A DNA stretch of 56,708 nt, the filler included, from Ionaspis alba (taxonomy: Eukaryota), in the NCBI GenBank assembly GCA_964255285.1. It is 4 parts of 4 records of this genome, joined end to end, with 100 filler letters (N's around TTAATTAATTAA, not from the genome) between each part and the next. Parts side by side here need not be neighbours in the genome. Positions count along the whole stretch, not along the records: positions 14,250 to 28,387 come from CAXUUL010000439.1; positions 28,488 to 42,596 come from CAXUUL010000440.1; 2 more parts are not named here. The stretch is one strand, 5' to 3'. Every line of letters starts with the position of its first letter. Position 1 is the first letter of the stretch. Under the pieces are notes generated by a model that saw only the letters and a list, made by a program, of their open reading frames with translations, searched no databases and was not told the origin of the DNA. The position numbers were made by a program, and so were the translations under genes. Shown one piece after another: positions 26,496-38,257 of this stretch.

Positions 26496-27539
26496 TCGAG
26501 GGTCTTCCGATGCACCGGAGAGATAGAGGACCCAGGATGTGACGTATGCGATTAGAGCGTTGGTGGTAAGAAGCCGAACAATAGTTGCGGAGGGGGTGTA
26601 GTTCGAGAGCCAGCTAAGCGCACCGCAACTGTTATCTCCACTCCTGCTCGCTCTTGATTCTCGGTGTCCCTTACCGAAGCATCAGGCAAGAGGTAAATAG
26701 CAGACTTAAGTACGCCGCTGCGAAACACTGGGACGCCACGCGAATTAGCATACCCCCTTGCTTGCCCAAATCTACCCTCTCAATCTCTCTGCCTCTCTCT
26801 AGATTCTGCTCCCTCCCTATCGTTCTCGCTCCTTCTGTCTTCCCACTTTTGTGCTGGCAAAGCATAGCCCCACCCATAAGATAGCTAAGAACACTTCCGT
26901 AATCCTAAATCTCTTCTCAACCTCCCATGTCCCAGAGTGAAAGCTCACTCCATCGCGGAGAAGCAGCTCTCCGAGGAAGGTCAAAGCGCACCGCAGCCCC
27001 CACCAGGCTGCGGGTATTGTACTTAACCATCGGCAGGTCTGGAGAGGTATATACCAATGGGCATTGACTCCAAGGAGAACGGCGATGCGGGGATAGGCAG
27101 CTTTTGACTCGAGACAGAGGACCGCTGCAGTCTCTTCAGCTTGGACCTGTTCTTGCGAGTCCGCGTAGCTGGGAGGCGTGAGAGAAGCCAGGTGGAGATG
27201 TGCTACGGCATGTGCTGCCGCATCGCACGCAGAGTAAGCCGGCCGGATACAAGAGATGGAACAGATTGCAGTTCACGGCGATGTGGTGATTTCTCTTCTG
27301 GATGCTATACGGGCCAGAAGTCAACACTACACCGCAATCCATTCCCCACAGGTCACCCACCATACATTCGGGGGGGGAGGAGCACAGGCTCCTCAAAATA
27401 CGTACCTCGTGTTGTTGTCGTATGTATTGGTGAACGAGATGATAATATAGTAGAGTGGGTAAGCGGGAAGTGTGAGGGTTGCGGTTTGCTTTCCCGGATC
27501 GCGTTTACGTGCGCTTGGTACCAACGCCAATAATATCGG

Positions 27540-28387
27540 CTGGCGCTCTAGCCTTTTTAAAGCTTGGCTCAGGGACTCAGACCCTGGTAGAGGAAGGGAT
27601 CAATACTGATCTGTATAGTTTCCCCAAAATGGTATAGCCGTAGCAGTACACGTGTAGATATATGCACTTTAGCCTATTGATATTAGGGAGGTTCTGCAGC
27701 GTCTGTTAAGTCAAATTCCTTAACCAATTCAGCCGTACGTGTCAGTTAATAGGCCTAATCGGATGTAATATTACGAGATGTTCTTTATTTAATTAACTAA
27801 TCAGTAATAAAATCTACGAGTGGCATATAAGACAGGAATCCCTGTAGGTCCTCAGCAGTAGTAGATTCGCGAAACAATTAAATCTATTACAAACTAATCT
27901 AATTCGCAATATAGGGGCTGTTTAGGTGGTAGGCAGGCTTTACGGAGGGTTTTGTTACTGCTGCATAATAATCAAATAATAAAATATTCGCAATAATATA
28001 AATTGTTATTCATTATTAAAAAAATTCGCGATATAAGATTTATTGTTAAGATATATGCTCTAGTTATTTAGATTGTGATAGTAATACTGGCAGAATTTGT
28101 TATAGGCTGTCGTATATAGCTGTGAACACGCTAATATATTAATATTTTTTTTATAATATTTAGGTTTGAGAGGCATATAGTTAATAAATTATTTTTATAT
28201 TTTATAATAATAATCTATTTAAAATTTGATTTGAGCAGAATTGTTAGACACTAACTTCTTTCACTATAAAAAAAAGTAGATCTTGGAGATATACGATAAT
28301 ATAAGGTATATTAATTATAATAATAATTCTATTGTAGGAAAAACTAATTATTAAAAAATAATATTACGACGACGCAGTGTTTTATAA
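27540..28387. repeat. AT-rich relic, probable RIP-mutated transposon remnant
   Basis: GC content falls toward the gap; rich in TAA/TAG/TATA; no ORF in the track. Confidence 0.55.
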
Positions 28388-28487
28388 NNNNNNNNNNNNN
28401 NNNNNNNNNNNNNNNNNNNNNNNNNNNNNNNTTAATTAATTAANNNNNNNNNNNNNNNNNNNNNNNNNNNNNNNNNNNNNNNNNNNN
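28388..28487. other. Assembly gap with artificial TTAATTAATTAA spacer
   Basis: 44 N + TTAATTAATTAA + 44 N. Confidence 0.95.
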
Positions 28488-28967
28488 TAGGCAAAATTCC
28501 TCGTTAGGATGGACATTTTCGAAAGCGACAGATGTGCATGCTCGGTCCAGTGATATACTGATCCCAAAGCCTCAACCACGCAGGCCTATTCTTGCTCTTT
28601 AGTATCCCTGCTTTCTCGCCCGTGGTCTTGCCCTGGATTAAGATACCAGGGATTTCACCATCTACTAGGCTGTTCTCGATAAATATCCCGAGTCTTCAGC
28701 AACCGTCGAATAAATCGACACTCTATCAACAAGGATTCGATGGCGTCGAAGAGTGTTTTGCGGAAGAGCGGGCCGCAGGACCCTCCATGCAGAGATGAGA
28801 ATGTGACAGGTCGGATGCAGACGCGGATACCTGCGCCTCACCTTTTCATATCTTCTGTCGCCAAGGTCTCCGTTCTTCCCTTCTCATATATTCCCTTCCA
28901 CACTCATTGGTGTCTGTCACAAAAGTCTCCGTTCTTTCCATTTCCACATACCTCAAGCAGCCAAACC

Positions 28968-29213
28968 ATGCCTTTCACGAAAATTCTTCTCCCCAAGCTG
29001 AGGGAAGTCATCGAGCCACTTAAACATATGACGGTCTGTGCCGTGGCAGGCTTACTTTTTATCTAACTCGAACCTGTTCAGCAACCACCCCCGATGATGG
29101 TGGCAACGCGGGAGCAGGAAGTACGCGAGAGGCAGGAAAAGAGGACACGAGAAATGATACCGTCCGGAGAGAAGTCAGCATCAGAAGGAGGTGGGAGAGA
29201 ACAGGGAAGATAA
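28968..29213 (+). CDS. Orphan micro-protein A1 (65 aa, 2 exons)
   Basis: ACCATG start; exon 28968-29033; intron GTCTGT...CTAAC...CAG; exon 29082-29213 (QPPPMMVATREQEVRERQEKRTREMIP...). Paralogous sequence at ~30085-30170. Confidence 0.4.
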
Positions 29214-30830
29214 ACGAAGGTGAGACGGGAAGAGACGGAAGAGGACTGTAGGGTTTCGGCTAACGTAGAGAGTCTCCTCAGGTTCCTGTCTTGAGATATC
29301 ACATTGAGATATAAGAGGGTCTGGGTATTTTGTGATATGTCTTCCGAGTTTTATTCAGGCAAGTAAGGCAGCTGCATTCCCGCATGCACAGGAATGCAGT
29401 GTGCATGACGCATGCAATGTCCTTCCTCAGTCACAAATAAGAGGAGCTATTGTCCTCCTTCTCTTCATCCGCTTTGCCATTCCAACACAAATTTCTCACT
29501 ATCACAAGTGTATCAGAAACCCATCTATCAAGTCCTTCGTCCAGTGGTTCGTCATCTCAATGTCAAATCTACTGCCTAATCGATTCCCGTACGCTTTCAT
29601 CTCGACCTCCACAGCTCTCATAACACGACAAGTCCCCAATGTTGAGAGCCAAGAACTAGGGAGAGCTGAGCAGGAGTATCTGATACTAGAAAATACGATC
29701 CAGAAAATGGAGATGGCAGAGCTGAACGAGGCGGTGCACACAGCGGCTATGGAAGCGGCGAAGGAGACTCTGGAGAAACAGGCAGTCCGAAGGGAGCAGA
29801 TATTGTTGGATGAGCACAAGCAGATCGCAGGCAGGAAAGCGAAGGGATGGTTGGAGTGGGGAAGGTCGTCAGGGAAGGAATGAATGGGGCTTTACGATAT
29901 ACCGCAACGATGTAACGCTTGGTCCTTTAACAGCATGGCCAAACAACATGTTGTCTGGATTTTCGGCATTTCTACGCTGTTGGTTTTGAGTGGAGCTGTC
30001 GACGGAAGAGCGACTGGGTGTATCAAAGAAGAGGGATAGAGAGCAAGAAGAGACTTGAAGGATGGATCGGGTAGAACGCAAGATGCGAGAGCATGAAGCA
30101 CGTAAGAGGCAAGAAAAGAGGACGCAAGGAATGATATTGCCAGGAGGAGACTCAGAATCTGAAAGCGGGAGCGTCGAGTTGACTGTATTTTCGGTACATG
30201 CCAAGAAGGCAGCTGCATTCCTGCATGCACAGAATTGCAGCGTGCAGGGACGCCGGGCTGGACTTGTTCTCCTTGCTTCCATTTCAAATAAGAGGACAGA
30301 ACCGCCTTCTCAGCTCCCGACCGCTCTACTATCCATATAGACATTTTTCACCATTTAAGTGTTCACCAGAACCATAATTACCCAATCTTTCCTCCAGTGC
30401 CTTACCATGTCAATTTCAACTATAGTCTGTATTCCCTTTACGAACGTTATCATCACAAACTCCACAACTCTCATCACACAATACACCTAGGACGTTAAGA
30501 ACGCAGAGAGCTGCACAGATGAACGAGGCCGATGCGACGACGCGCACTTGTCAAACAGTGTCTCAAAGCTCCTGATATTACCAGCCATGCCTCTAGGCCC
30601 GCGTGTCCGTTCCACCCTACCTCAACTCCTTCGTACATACGCCAAGCGAAGGGTCACACAATCCATGGACAAATACCCTGGTACCTGGTCCGTCGGATGT
30701 ATTACGCTACTTGCTTTGGTGGACGTATCAATAGAGTGTATACTGAATGTAAAGAGGGTGATGAATGGAGACCAAGAAGCAATCAGAGAGGTGTATAGAC
30801 GACAAGAAAGAACTAGAAGAAGGTAAAGAG
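29100..30830 (+). repeat. Diverged local tandem duplication (unit ~0.85-1 kb)
   Basis: 29108-29190 resembles 30085-30170; 29365-29406 resembles 30206-30246; 29500-29650 resembles 30350-30500. Confidence 0.75.
29560..29883 (+). CDS. Orphan coiled-coil-like protein B1 (107 aa)
   Basis: Open frame from ATG 29560 with E/A/K-rich helical composition; a degenerate paralogue starts near 30407. Confidence 0.35.
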   Translation: MSNLLPNRFPYAFISTSTALITRQVPNVESQELGRAEQEYLILENTIQKMEMAELNEAVHTAAMEAAKETLEKQAVRREQILLDEHKQIAGRKAKGWLEWGRSSGKE

Positions 30831-31599
30831 AACAAGAAGAAACTAAAAGAATGGAGCGAATAGGATGGATGATTCTCGCTCAGGAGGAGAGCGCAAGGAG
30901 AAGGGGAGAGAAGTACGAAGATGAGAATTGGAAAGGACAGCTTTGAGGGGTGAACTACGACGAATAGGATGTGGAGCTTGGCATATGGAATATAGGACTG
31001 ATAGCATAGGAGCAGGGCTCGCAATGCTGTGGGAGTCAGAGCAACTCGAATACTGCCTCTGCGGTAAAGGTTGGCTATTCAGCTGATGTTGTCCATTGAA
31101 TGAGTGCGACCACTCGGTCTTTTGAACGAACAAATTAATGGCATGACATTGGGATTGTTGAGACAGCTGGAAAGCGCAAAGGCGAACCTGCCAATATGCC
31201 AAGTCAGCAAAACCCCATTTATTGATAGCGTCCATCTACTTACTTTGCGGAAATCTTCCCCTTGTTCTACAGCTCTCCTATAGAAACAACTCGTTCTCAA
31301 TTTCAAACCTCCCAACCCTATTGACTTTCAATGTTCAAGCAGCGCCAAGAGACTAGACTCAAGGACAATGCACGAGCGATAGACATAGGAATAGACAGTC
31401 ACATCAGAGGGAGTAGGAGGAGTGCTACGCACGAATGCACAAGCAATAACGATCTGTATCACTAGAACAAGTACAAGCAGCTCATACCGGATCCAATTAT
31501 CCTTCCCTAAACTCGCGCAGACTGGGAGACTCCGTCTAACCTGTGGGCCCAAGATCATGAGTGGTTACCGTATTGCTCATTCGGAGTCTAAACTTCTTA

Positions 31600-32223
31600 T
31601 CAAACCACCGGCTGCGATAACTTTTCCCCAGACCAGCCCTGCGACGATGGTGCTCCATCCTGATGAGACATATTTGGCAGGCCTCCTTCAGGGGTTGCAG
31701 CATCATCCGCTTTTACAATTCCAGATTCATGTTTGACAAGCCCCACTGACTGCTTGTGTCTCGTGCCATCGTGCGGCACGCTTCCACTTTCTCTAACGAC
31801 GAGGATCTGATTCGAGATCTCCCAATCCATCTCGTCCGGATCCGATTGCAGAAAGCCCTTCAAGTTGTCTAAGTATCTGCATAGACGAGCTTGCAGCACG
31901 GAGCCTTCGGCGAAGATCGATCGGATGGTTTTGTGGTATTTTTGATGGTGGAAATCGCGTAGGGGACATGTGAGCGTAGCAGTGACGCCAACGGCGTTGC
32001 GTCTTGGTTTGGAGGTATCATGATGCCGCTGCCAGGGAGGTAGATGCGATGAACTTCGTCCCCTCAGATGGGTTGAGGATATCGAATGATTGCCTAGACG
32101 TCCGTAGCTTTGGTTGTAGCCGTCATTTCCTCTCCCTTTGGGGGTCAGACCATTGGTGCCTTGATAGCTATTGTCCATGATATCACCGGCCTGCTGCCGC
32201 TTTGCCTTCCTATGCTTTCCCAT
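31600..32223 (-). CDS. Hypothetical protein (~207 aa from MGKHRKAKRQQ)
   Basis: Part of a 288-codon open frame; basic N-terminus and DEMDWE motif; no family recognised. Confidence 0.4.
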   Translation of the reverse strand: MGKHRKAKRQQAGDIMDNSYQGTNGLTPKGRGNDGYNQSYGRLGNHSISSTHLRGRSSSHLPPWQRHHDTSKPRRNAVGVTATLTCPLRDFHHQKYHKTIRSIFAEGSVLQARLCRYLDNLKGFLQSDPDEMDWEISNQILVVRESGSVPHDGTRHKQSVGLVKHESGIVKADDAATPEGGLPNMSHQDGAPSSQGWSGEKLSQPVV

Positions 32224-32784
32224 GACGTTGGTATTGTTGGAGCTTAGACGTTCCGCTTGATAGAGGTGAGCTTGACGGTATTTGAAGACTGTAAACTCTA
32301 TGGTGCTATCTGGAATCATCACCCCTTGAGCAGGCAAGGTGTTAGAAGTAACAGGAACCACTTTGTTGGTATATATGCAAGAATATTCCACTTCTAGAAG
32401 AGTTCGCCGTTTCTTCACGTCTAGCTCATAATTGTCGGTTGAGTACCGACCACACGTCGCCGGCAATCTCGAAGGGCAATCTCCATGGTGCTAAGGTCCA
32501 CAAGACTTGTTATCATGAGTAGTATTTTAATCCTTACGCCTGGAATTCCACAAAACGTCCGCTTTCCTCAAACTATGTAGAAGATAATAGACCACGGTAG
32601 ATTCGCGATACCAAGACAAAGAAGCAGTAGGCGCTTCTATCCCGAAGTCCGGGGTATCTGCCTGAATGAGTTTCCCGTGCAAGATTAGCCTTGGGAATGT
32701 CTCATCATCCAGACAGTTCCGAAATCCGACTCAGCCTCTGCTAGGGATTTGCGATCTTGAGGGTTAGAGCAAGAGATCAAGGTC

Positions 32785-33590
32785 TTATTTGTAGGCCTCT
32801 CCTGGGGATAACGACTCTAGATTCGGATCAATTGAGGATGAGGTTTGCAAAGGAGTGTTCGGAACACGACCATGGTTCCCATCTGTCGGGTACATTGAAT
32901 TTTGCAAAGTCGTGGCCACTGAGCTGTCTATGGCATGTGAGCGTGTGCCAACAAACGAATGCTGCGGCCCATCGTCATTCGTATGTGCATTCATACTGTG
33001 CTTCCATGGAGAGCGAGAATATGGATTTGCCGACGCTGCTGCTGAGAGTGTTTGTAATCCACGATCAGGTCCGAGTTGTCCGTCGGTCTGATCAGGATTG
33101 TAGCCGCTGTTCTCGCTATTGTACGGTTGATAGCCTGGCGGCACCGACTCAGGTGAGACTACGTGTGTATCGAGGCCAGGGGAAGCGGCGTCTTCATACG
33201 GATTTGTAGTGTTGATGAATGTTACTGTACTCAAATAAGCTGGTGCAAGCAGGTTACTACTTTTCCGAAATATGGATACCCTCTTTTGGAATGCTCAGCC
33301 AAACACTATCTTCATCAAACGTATTTTTGTATGCATAAAAATTGCTTAGACCTCCATTTGATGCAGGATCATCGCGGGTCCCGTTCATCGAGGCATTTTG
33401 CTGGTGACGAAAGGTCAATCCAGAATTGGGCTGACATGTTCTCGAAGCTTTGCGGCATTGCCCACAAAGAGGCTTCTGCTCATCACATTTGAGCTTTCGT
33501 TGGCGGCAAGTCAGGCTGGTGAGCAATCTAATATCAATATTTTGCAAGACATACTAGAATGAATCCTTACCAGCCGGTACGAGATCTCAT
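32785..33590 (-). CDS. Small Zn(II)2Cys6 transcription factor (>=231 aa; may extend upstream to ~33920)
   Basis: Removing introns 33516-33570 and 33225-33279 gives [34 protein letters not shown] (six-cysteine binuclear cluster) followed by a low-complexity tail. Confidence 0.85.
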
Positions 33591-34264
33591 GATAAGTCTT
33601 TCACTGAGCTGCAATACAAATTCTTTGTTATAGAGTTCCAGGGCCGAACATCTTTCTTGGAGTTGAAAGGTTGAAGGACCAATGGGGTGATCCCCGATAC
33701 ACTGGTCTTGGCACCTGCGAACTCTTTTTCCTTCCCTCACGTCAAGCCACTCCCAAGCATTTGCCGAGCCATGAAAGCCATATGTTCGACGATGTTGATG
33801 ACCAAGCTTGTCGAACATGTCGTAAGGACTGCTCTCTGGTCGGGAGCCTTGGTCTCTGGTCATATAATGAGCATATCCCGGACTTTCATGATAGTGCAAT
33901 CCCATGCCGCTATCATTCATGCTCCCAGGCCAGCATTGCATTATTCAGATTGTGTTTCCGTGGTATCCAGTTGCCTGTTTCTCCACTATGGTTTTCACTC
34001 CTACTGTACCAGTCTGTGATAATGACTGTTGTTGTGGTTTGCTACAGCGATATAATGACTTTGTAAGACAGAAGCATTGCAATCGAAGACATCCCAACTC
34101 GCAAGAGAAGGCAGGCACGCCCTGGTGCTCTTTCCATGTTTTTACATGAAACTGATGCACAAGTACTGGCTCTCCGTTTACCGTTTTCAAAGTCTCTACA
34201 TTTCCTTCACTCATCTCTATCACACGCGGTATTCGCAGCCTAGCAATTCCGTTCCTTTTCAGTT

Positions 34265-35629
34265 ATGGCTTTTGCAGAGATCGACAGCCTACAACTATCA
34301 CCTTGTTCCACAATTCATTCAGCGCCATGGTGGCACGACTGTGCATGCCACTATCTAGGCTCTCTTCAAGAATTGCCCTCCCTCCATGCTGTTATTGATA
34401 AGTCGCCTCGAAGCCTAGTTGCCAACGTCATCACTCTCCTCTGCCAGATCCTATACACGATATCTCTATTCCTTCCTCAGCGCATCCGGCATGCGTTGTA
34501 TATGGTTGTCAAATGGCTCGATAACTTCTGTTTCCTTCTTGCATGCTATATCGAGCATGTCTCTCCACGGGCACGACGACTGCTCTGGGATGATATTGTT
34601 ACCATGCCTCGTGCTTGCTGCGACGATGTGGTAGGAGAGCCTGTTCGTCGAATGAGTTCGACTCTGGGTACGTATTGGAGAACAGCCAAGACTTCTCGCA
34701 TAGCTGCAATGCTTGTCAAGATAGGCTGGCAAGTTGATGAGGATGTGGCTGAGATTCTGCGAGTCGTAGGGGATTGGTATGAGCAGTTCATTGATAAAAT
34801 CTTGGCAGCTGCTCCCATTCCGGAGGAGGCTATGATATCGATTCTGGATTCAACTCCTCCAAACCCTGACATTTTGATCTCTACTCCTACCTGTGTATCC
34901 GAGTACCACGAGGCAGTACAGGAAGTGAGCAGCTCCGAAGGAAACGAGGATATCCTGGAACTTTATGAGAAGCCAGAGACAACAATCGCGAGCATCACTC
35001 TGGATGAGTCGAAGGACCAAGAAATCAGCCTTGCTCTCATACCCGTTGCAGATAACAGCATTGTCAAAGCGTCACACCCTGAGGACGAAGGCTATGTTTC
35101 GTCAGAAGACACGGGCGCTGCGCCAACTACCTCGATCCTAGAAGAATCCCCACAAAGCGATCAAATCCGCGACCAGCGAAGCCTTCTCACATCCAATGCC
35201 GCTTCAGACGGCGACGAGAGACTCGTCAGGAGTCCGCATGTTTCCAAGTCCCAGAGTTTCTACCTGCACCCCAACGCCTCGACTCCCTCACTATCATCTC
35301 CCAAGCGGATCAGACGACAGTCCAGCTTTCCGACCCAGCCTTCCCGCCGATCCACCTCACAAAGCACGGCCGAAGCCAAGCGCCTGCTTACACTTTCTAC
35401 GAACGCAGTGGCTAGAGCTCATCACCACTGGTTGAGGCCTTGCGACGCATGCGCCAGAAAAGCGGAAGCAGGAACAGTGCGGAAGGTGGAAAGAAACCGG
35501 CTGCGAAAGGCGTTCCCATCTGAGGATGCAGCGGTTGTGAAGGTTGAAGAAGAGGAGAAAGGAGAAGGCGTTGTAAGGAGGACTGTGGGGTGGGTCAAGA
35601 AGCAGGAAGAGAAGATCAAGCATTTGTGA
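34265..35629 (+). CDS. Hypothetical protein (454 aa ORF)
   Basis: Long uninterrupted ORF: hydrophobic N-terminal part, acidic/Ser-rich middle, CDAC motif near the end. No family recognised. Confidence 0.55.
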   Translation: MAFAEIDSLQLSPCSTIHSAPWWHDCACHYLGSLQELPSLHAVIDKSPRSLVANVITLLCQILYTISLFLPQRIRHALYMVVKWLDNFCFLLACYIEHVSPRARRLLWDDIVTMPRACCDDVVGEPVRRMSSTLGTYWRTAKTSRIAAMLVKIGWQVDEDVAEILRVVGDWYEQFIDKILAAAPIPEEAMISILDSTPPNPDILISTPTCVSEYHEAVQEVSSSEGNEDILELYEKPETTIASITLDESKDQEISLALIPVADNSIVKASHPEDEGYVSSEDTGAAPTTSILEESPQSDQIRDQRSLLTSNAASDGDERLVRSPHVSKSQSFYLHPNASTPSLSSPKRIRRQSSFPTQPSRRSTSQSTAEAKRLLTLSTNAVARAHHHWLRPCDACARKAEAGTVRKVERNRLRKAFPSEDAAVVKVEEEEKGEGVVRRTVGWVKKQEEKIKHL

Positions 35630-35962
35630 GATAGGCAAGAGGAAAGCGTTAAGATGGTGGTTGAACTTTGTGTGTGCTCGAGAACACCCGAGAGATGAGC
35701 CTCCGACCTGCTTGGTGCTTGCCAAAAGTCTGCGTACTGCATAACTTTCTCCTCCCATCAATTATGAGTCGTGATGAAAATCTCATCAGAAACCAAGCAC
35801 GCATACGAGCAAGTAGGTACTTCAACAGATCACGTGTTCATCGTGCATTGTAGTCACTATACGACAGACATCCATATAACCGTACTCCCATCCTAAAAGA
35901 AAATCCCTACCCTGTGAACGTTTCTATGGACTATGGTGCAAGTTCTCTAAGAGTGCTCCGCT

Positions 35963-37920
35963 TCACGATAAGGCGTTAACTGAATTGGTTGGAATGCCCG
36001 AGCTGACCGGAATGGCTCGAAACGCAGCGTATGTTTGTGCACTTGAAACACCGAGCGATACCAGAGTCAGAAGAAGCGTCAGACCTCCGAATACAACGAC
36101 AGCCCAGAAGGTGAACCAAGCATAGGTCTCCCTTGAATCCCGCCAAAGGTCTCCTAAAGTCCTAGCTTTTGGCTTCGCCATGTATTCCTTGAGCTCCCTT
36201 ATGCGAGGCGCGAAAATTGGGAAGTCTTCGTAGGCCATACTGTCGGGAGTATGTGTATGTTTGTACATAAACCAAAGATGAATACCATGGTCGGTCTTCA
36301 CGTCTATCGTCACATCAAGTCTGTAAGAAATGGTTCTGTGTAAGTTAGATCTGTAGTCAGACCATCGAGAATCAGTTACATTGGCCAATATGTCAATCAA
36401 CCCGCAGAATAGTTGATACAGAATCCGTTTTAACATGCCGAAAAGTTCCCAAGTCCAAAACTTGTCACGCACAGGCCCCTGGCGCTGCGGAAAGTCCCCA
36501 AACCACGGAGGGATGCTCAGTCGCCCATACGCTTTTCGTAGATCTGCACCGGTCTTTAAGGTGTTGTTTGGGCCGAAGAGGATTTCATACGTTCTGAGAA
36601 ACTCCATCGTAACCACGTTAGATATCCCATTAGCATGGCATGGACATTTATACAACCTAGGGCATTTTCAGTCAAGGAGAAAATCGTATTCGAGCATGGC
36701 TATGGTATCTTACTCATAGATAGGTAAGTGTTCAAGAGTCGCTGCAGGCCAATACAGTGTCAGAATATCACCACCTCCTTTGGATTTCCCAAGTTTTAGT
36801 ATCATATGGTCATCAAGCATCGAAGTCCATTCGATTTCTAGCTTGCCGATGGTGGTCAAAGCCGCTATGTTGAGATCGAACCGTTCAAATCTACCGGAAA
36901 TGTTCACAGGAGCAGAAGCTTTGTCGTGATAGGGCATGCATAGCACTTTGCTTAGAGGAGTGTTGATGAGTTCTCCCGGAGAGAGCTTCTGTACCATTTC
37001 GTCGCGGTCATGCTTCCGGCTAGAGAAACCAATGTTACAACGATCGATCACATCCAAGATGGATATGCACAATTCGTGGATGTAACAATCTTCGCCTCGA
37101 AATACTTCACGAAGATAGCAACTTTTGAGACAGTCCCCGAATGTCAACGTGCTCCACCTGTACCGCTCTATTTGATCACTCCGTACGTCCCCGTAAGTGG
37201 CTTGACAGACTGCTAAAAGCACATCAAGCTGGGGCGGGTCTGAAAATGATTCGTAGTGTACGGGGAGATCTATGAGATTCATAAAGGGACGCAAGAGTGA
37301 ATCGCATTTCTCGGGCGAGGGATCGCCTATTGCACCCCAAAGAGCTTGTAGTACCAGGGCTCTTTTTCTGGCTGCTTTATCCCATGGTTGTCGCGATATG
37401 GAATAAAACGAGGTCCATGATTCTTTCGGATAATCTGCTGGCATTCAGTCTTGACATGTTCCTGCTACCTTGTTCTTGACATACCTTTGACAAAACGTTC
37501 AAACTCAGCATTATCCCAAGCTTGTATCTCTTCAGATGATAGTGGCGAAGTCTGCTTCAGAGCCTCCAACTCCTCCGCAGTTGCAGGGACGACTTGAAAA
37601 CACGAGGCGATATTGGAAAGTCCCCCATTGTGTTGGATTGTTTGTTCTGATCCGCTTTGCTTCTCGACGTCAACATGAGGTGGAGACCTAGTCCTGGGTA
37701 GACTGTCTCGAAGTGCAGTGGCAGCAGTAAGGAGAGCTTCCACAAGTTGGTGGATATTAGACTGCTGAGCTTCCGTCAATCCATGAGGGACAGAAGTATC
37801 ATCTTGCGGATCAGGGCTGTCCGAGTCGTCAAGATGGTTGTTGAGAGAGATGTTGGAAGATCTCGGCGATGCGGGAAGCGGAACGCTTTCGGCGACATCG
37901 CTGGCGCCCTCGAGCGTCAT
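35963..37920 (-). CDS. Uncharacterised fungal protein with C-terminal TM helix (~617 aa, 3 exons)
   Basis: Three ORFs joined in frame by GT-AG introns (37438-37484, 36657-36713). C-terminus FPIFAPRIRELKEYM...LWRDSRETYAWFTFWAVVVFGGLTLLL...Q resembles a recurrent fungal unknown-function motif. Confidence 0.7.
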
Positions 37921-38120
37921 TCTTTCGCCAACCTCACTTAGCGACAACGACTCTGACAAGGACACGTCAATTTCAGAGGACCTGGTGGTTCTGGTGTTTC
38001 CAAACAAACATTGAAGGTAAAATAATCTGTGGTGTAATTCGTCAATCTCCCTTCTGAATTTATCTTATCATTATTCAAGTTAGATACCCCGGGGAGACCC
38101 CAAGTACCCCCTTTCCGTAC

Positions 38121-38257
38121 TGAGAGACGGAGGTAGTCAGCGTTGAGGTGTAAGATGTAGAATTTCTAAGTACCTAAAAGGTAGGAAGTACTATCTGGAC
38201 TACGTTAATAACGGCTAAACTTTTGCCCGCCCTACTTGCCTCTTTCCGTCCTTGACA
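38121..38257 (-). mobile_element. 137-bp solo-LTR-like (or MITE-like) element, copy 2
   Basis: Reverse complement of 1656-1792; GTAC at 38117-38120 and 38258-38261. Confidence 0.8.

Noticed and set aside
1656..38257. The two inverted 137-bp copies as terminal inverted repeats of one 36-kb transposon
   Set aside because: They are separated by two artificial gaps, enclose housekeeping genes, and each copy has GTAC on both of its own sides.
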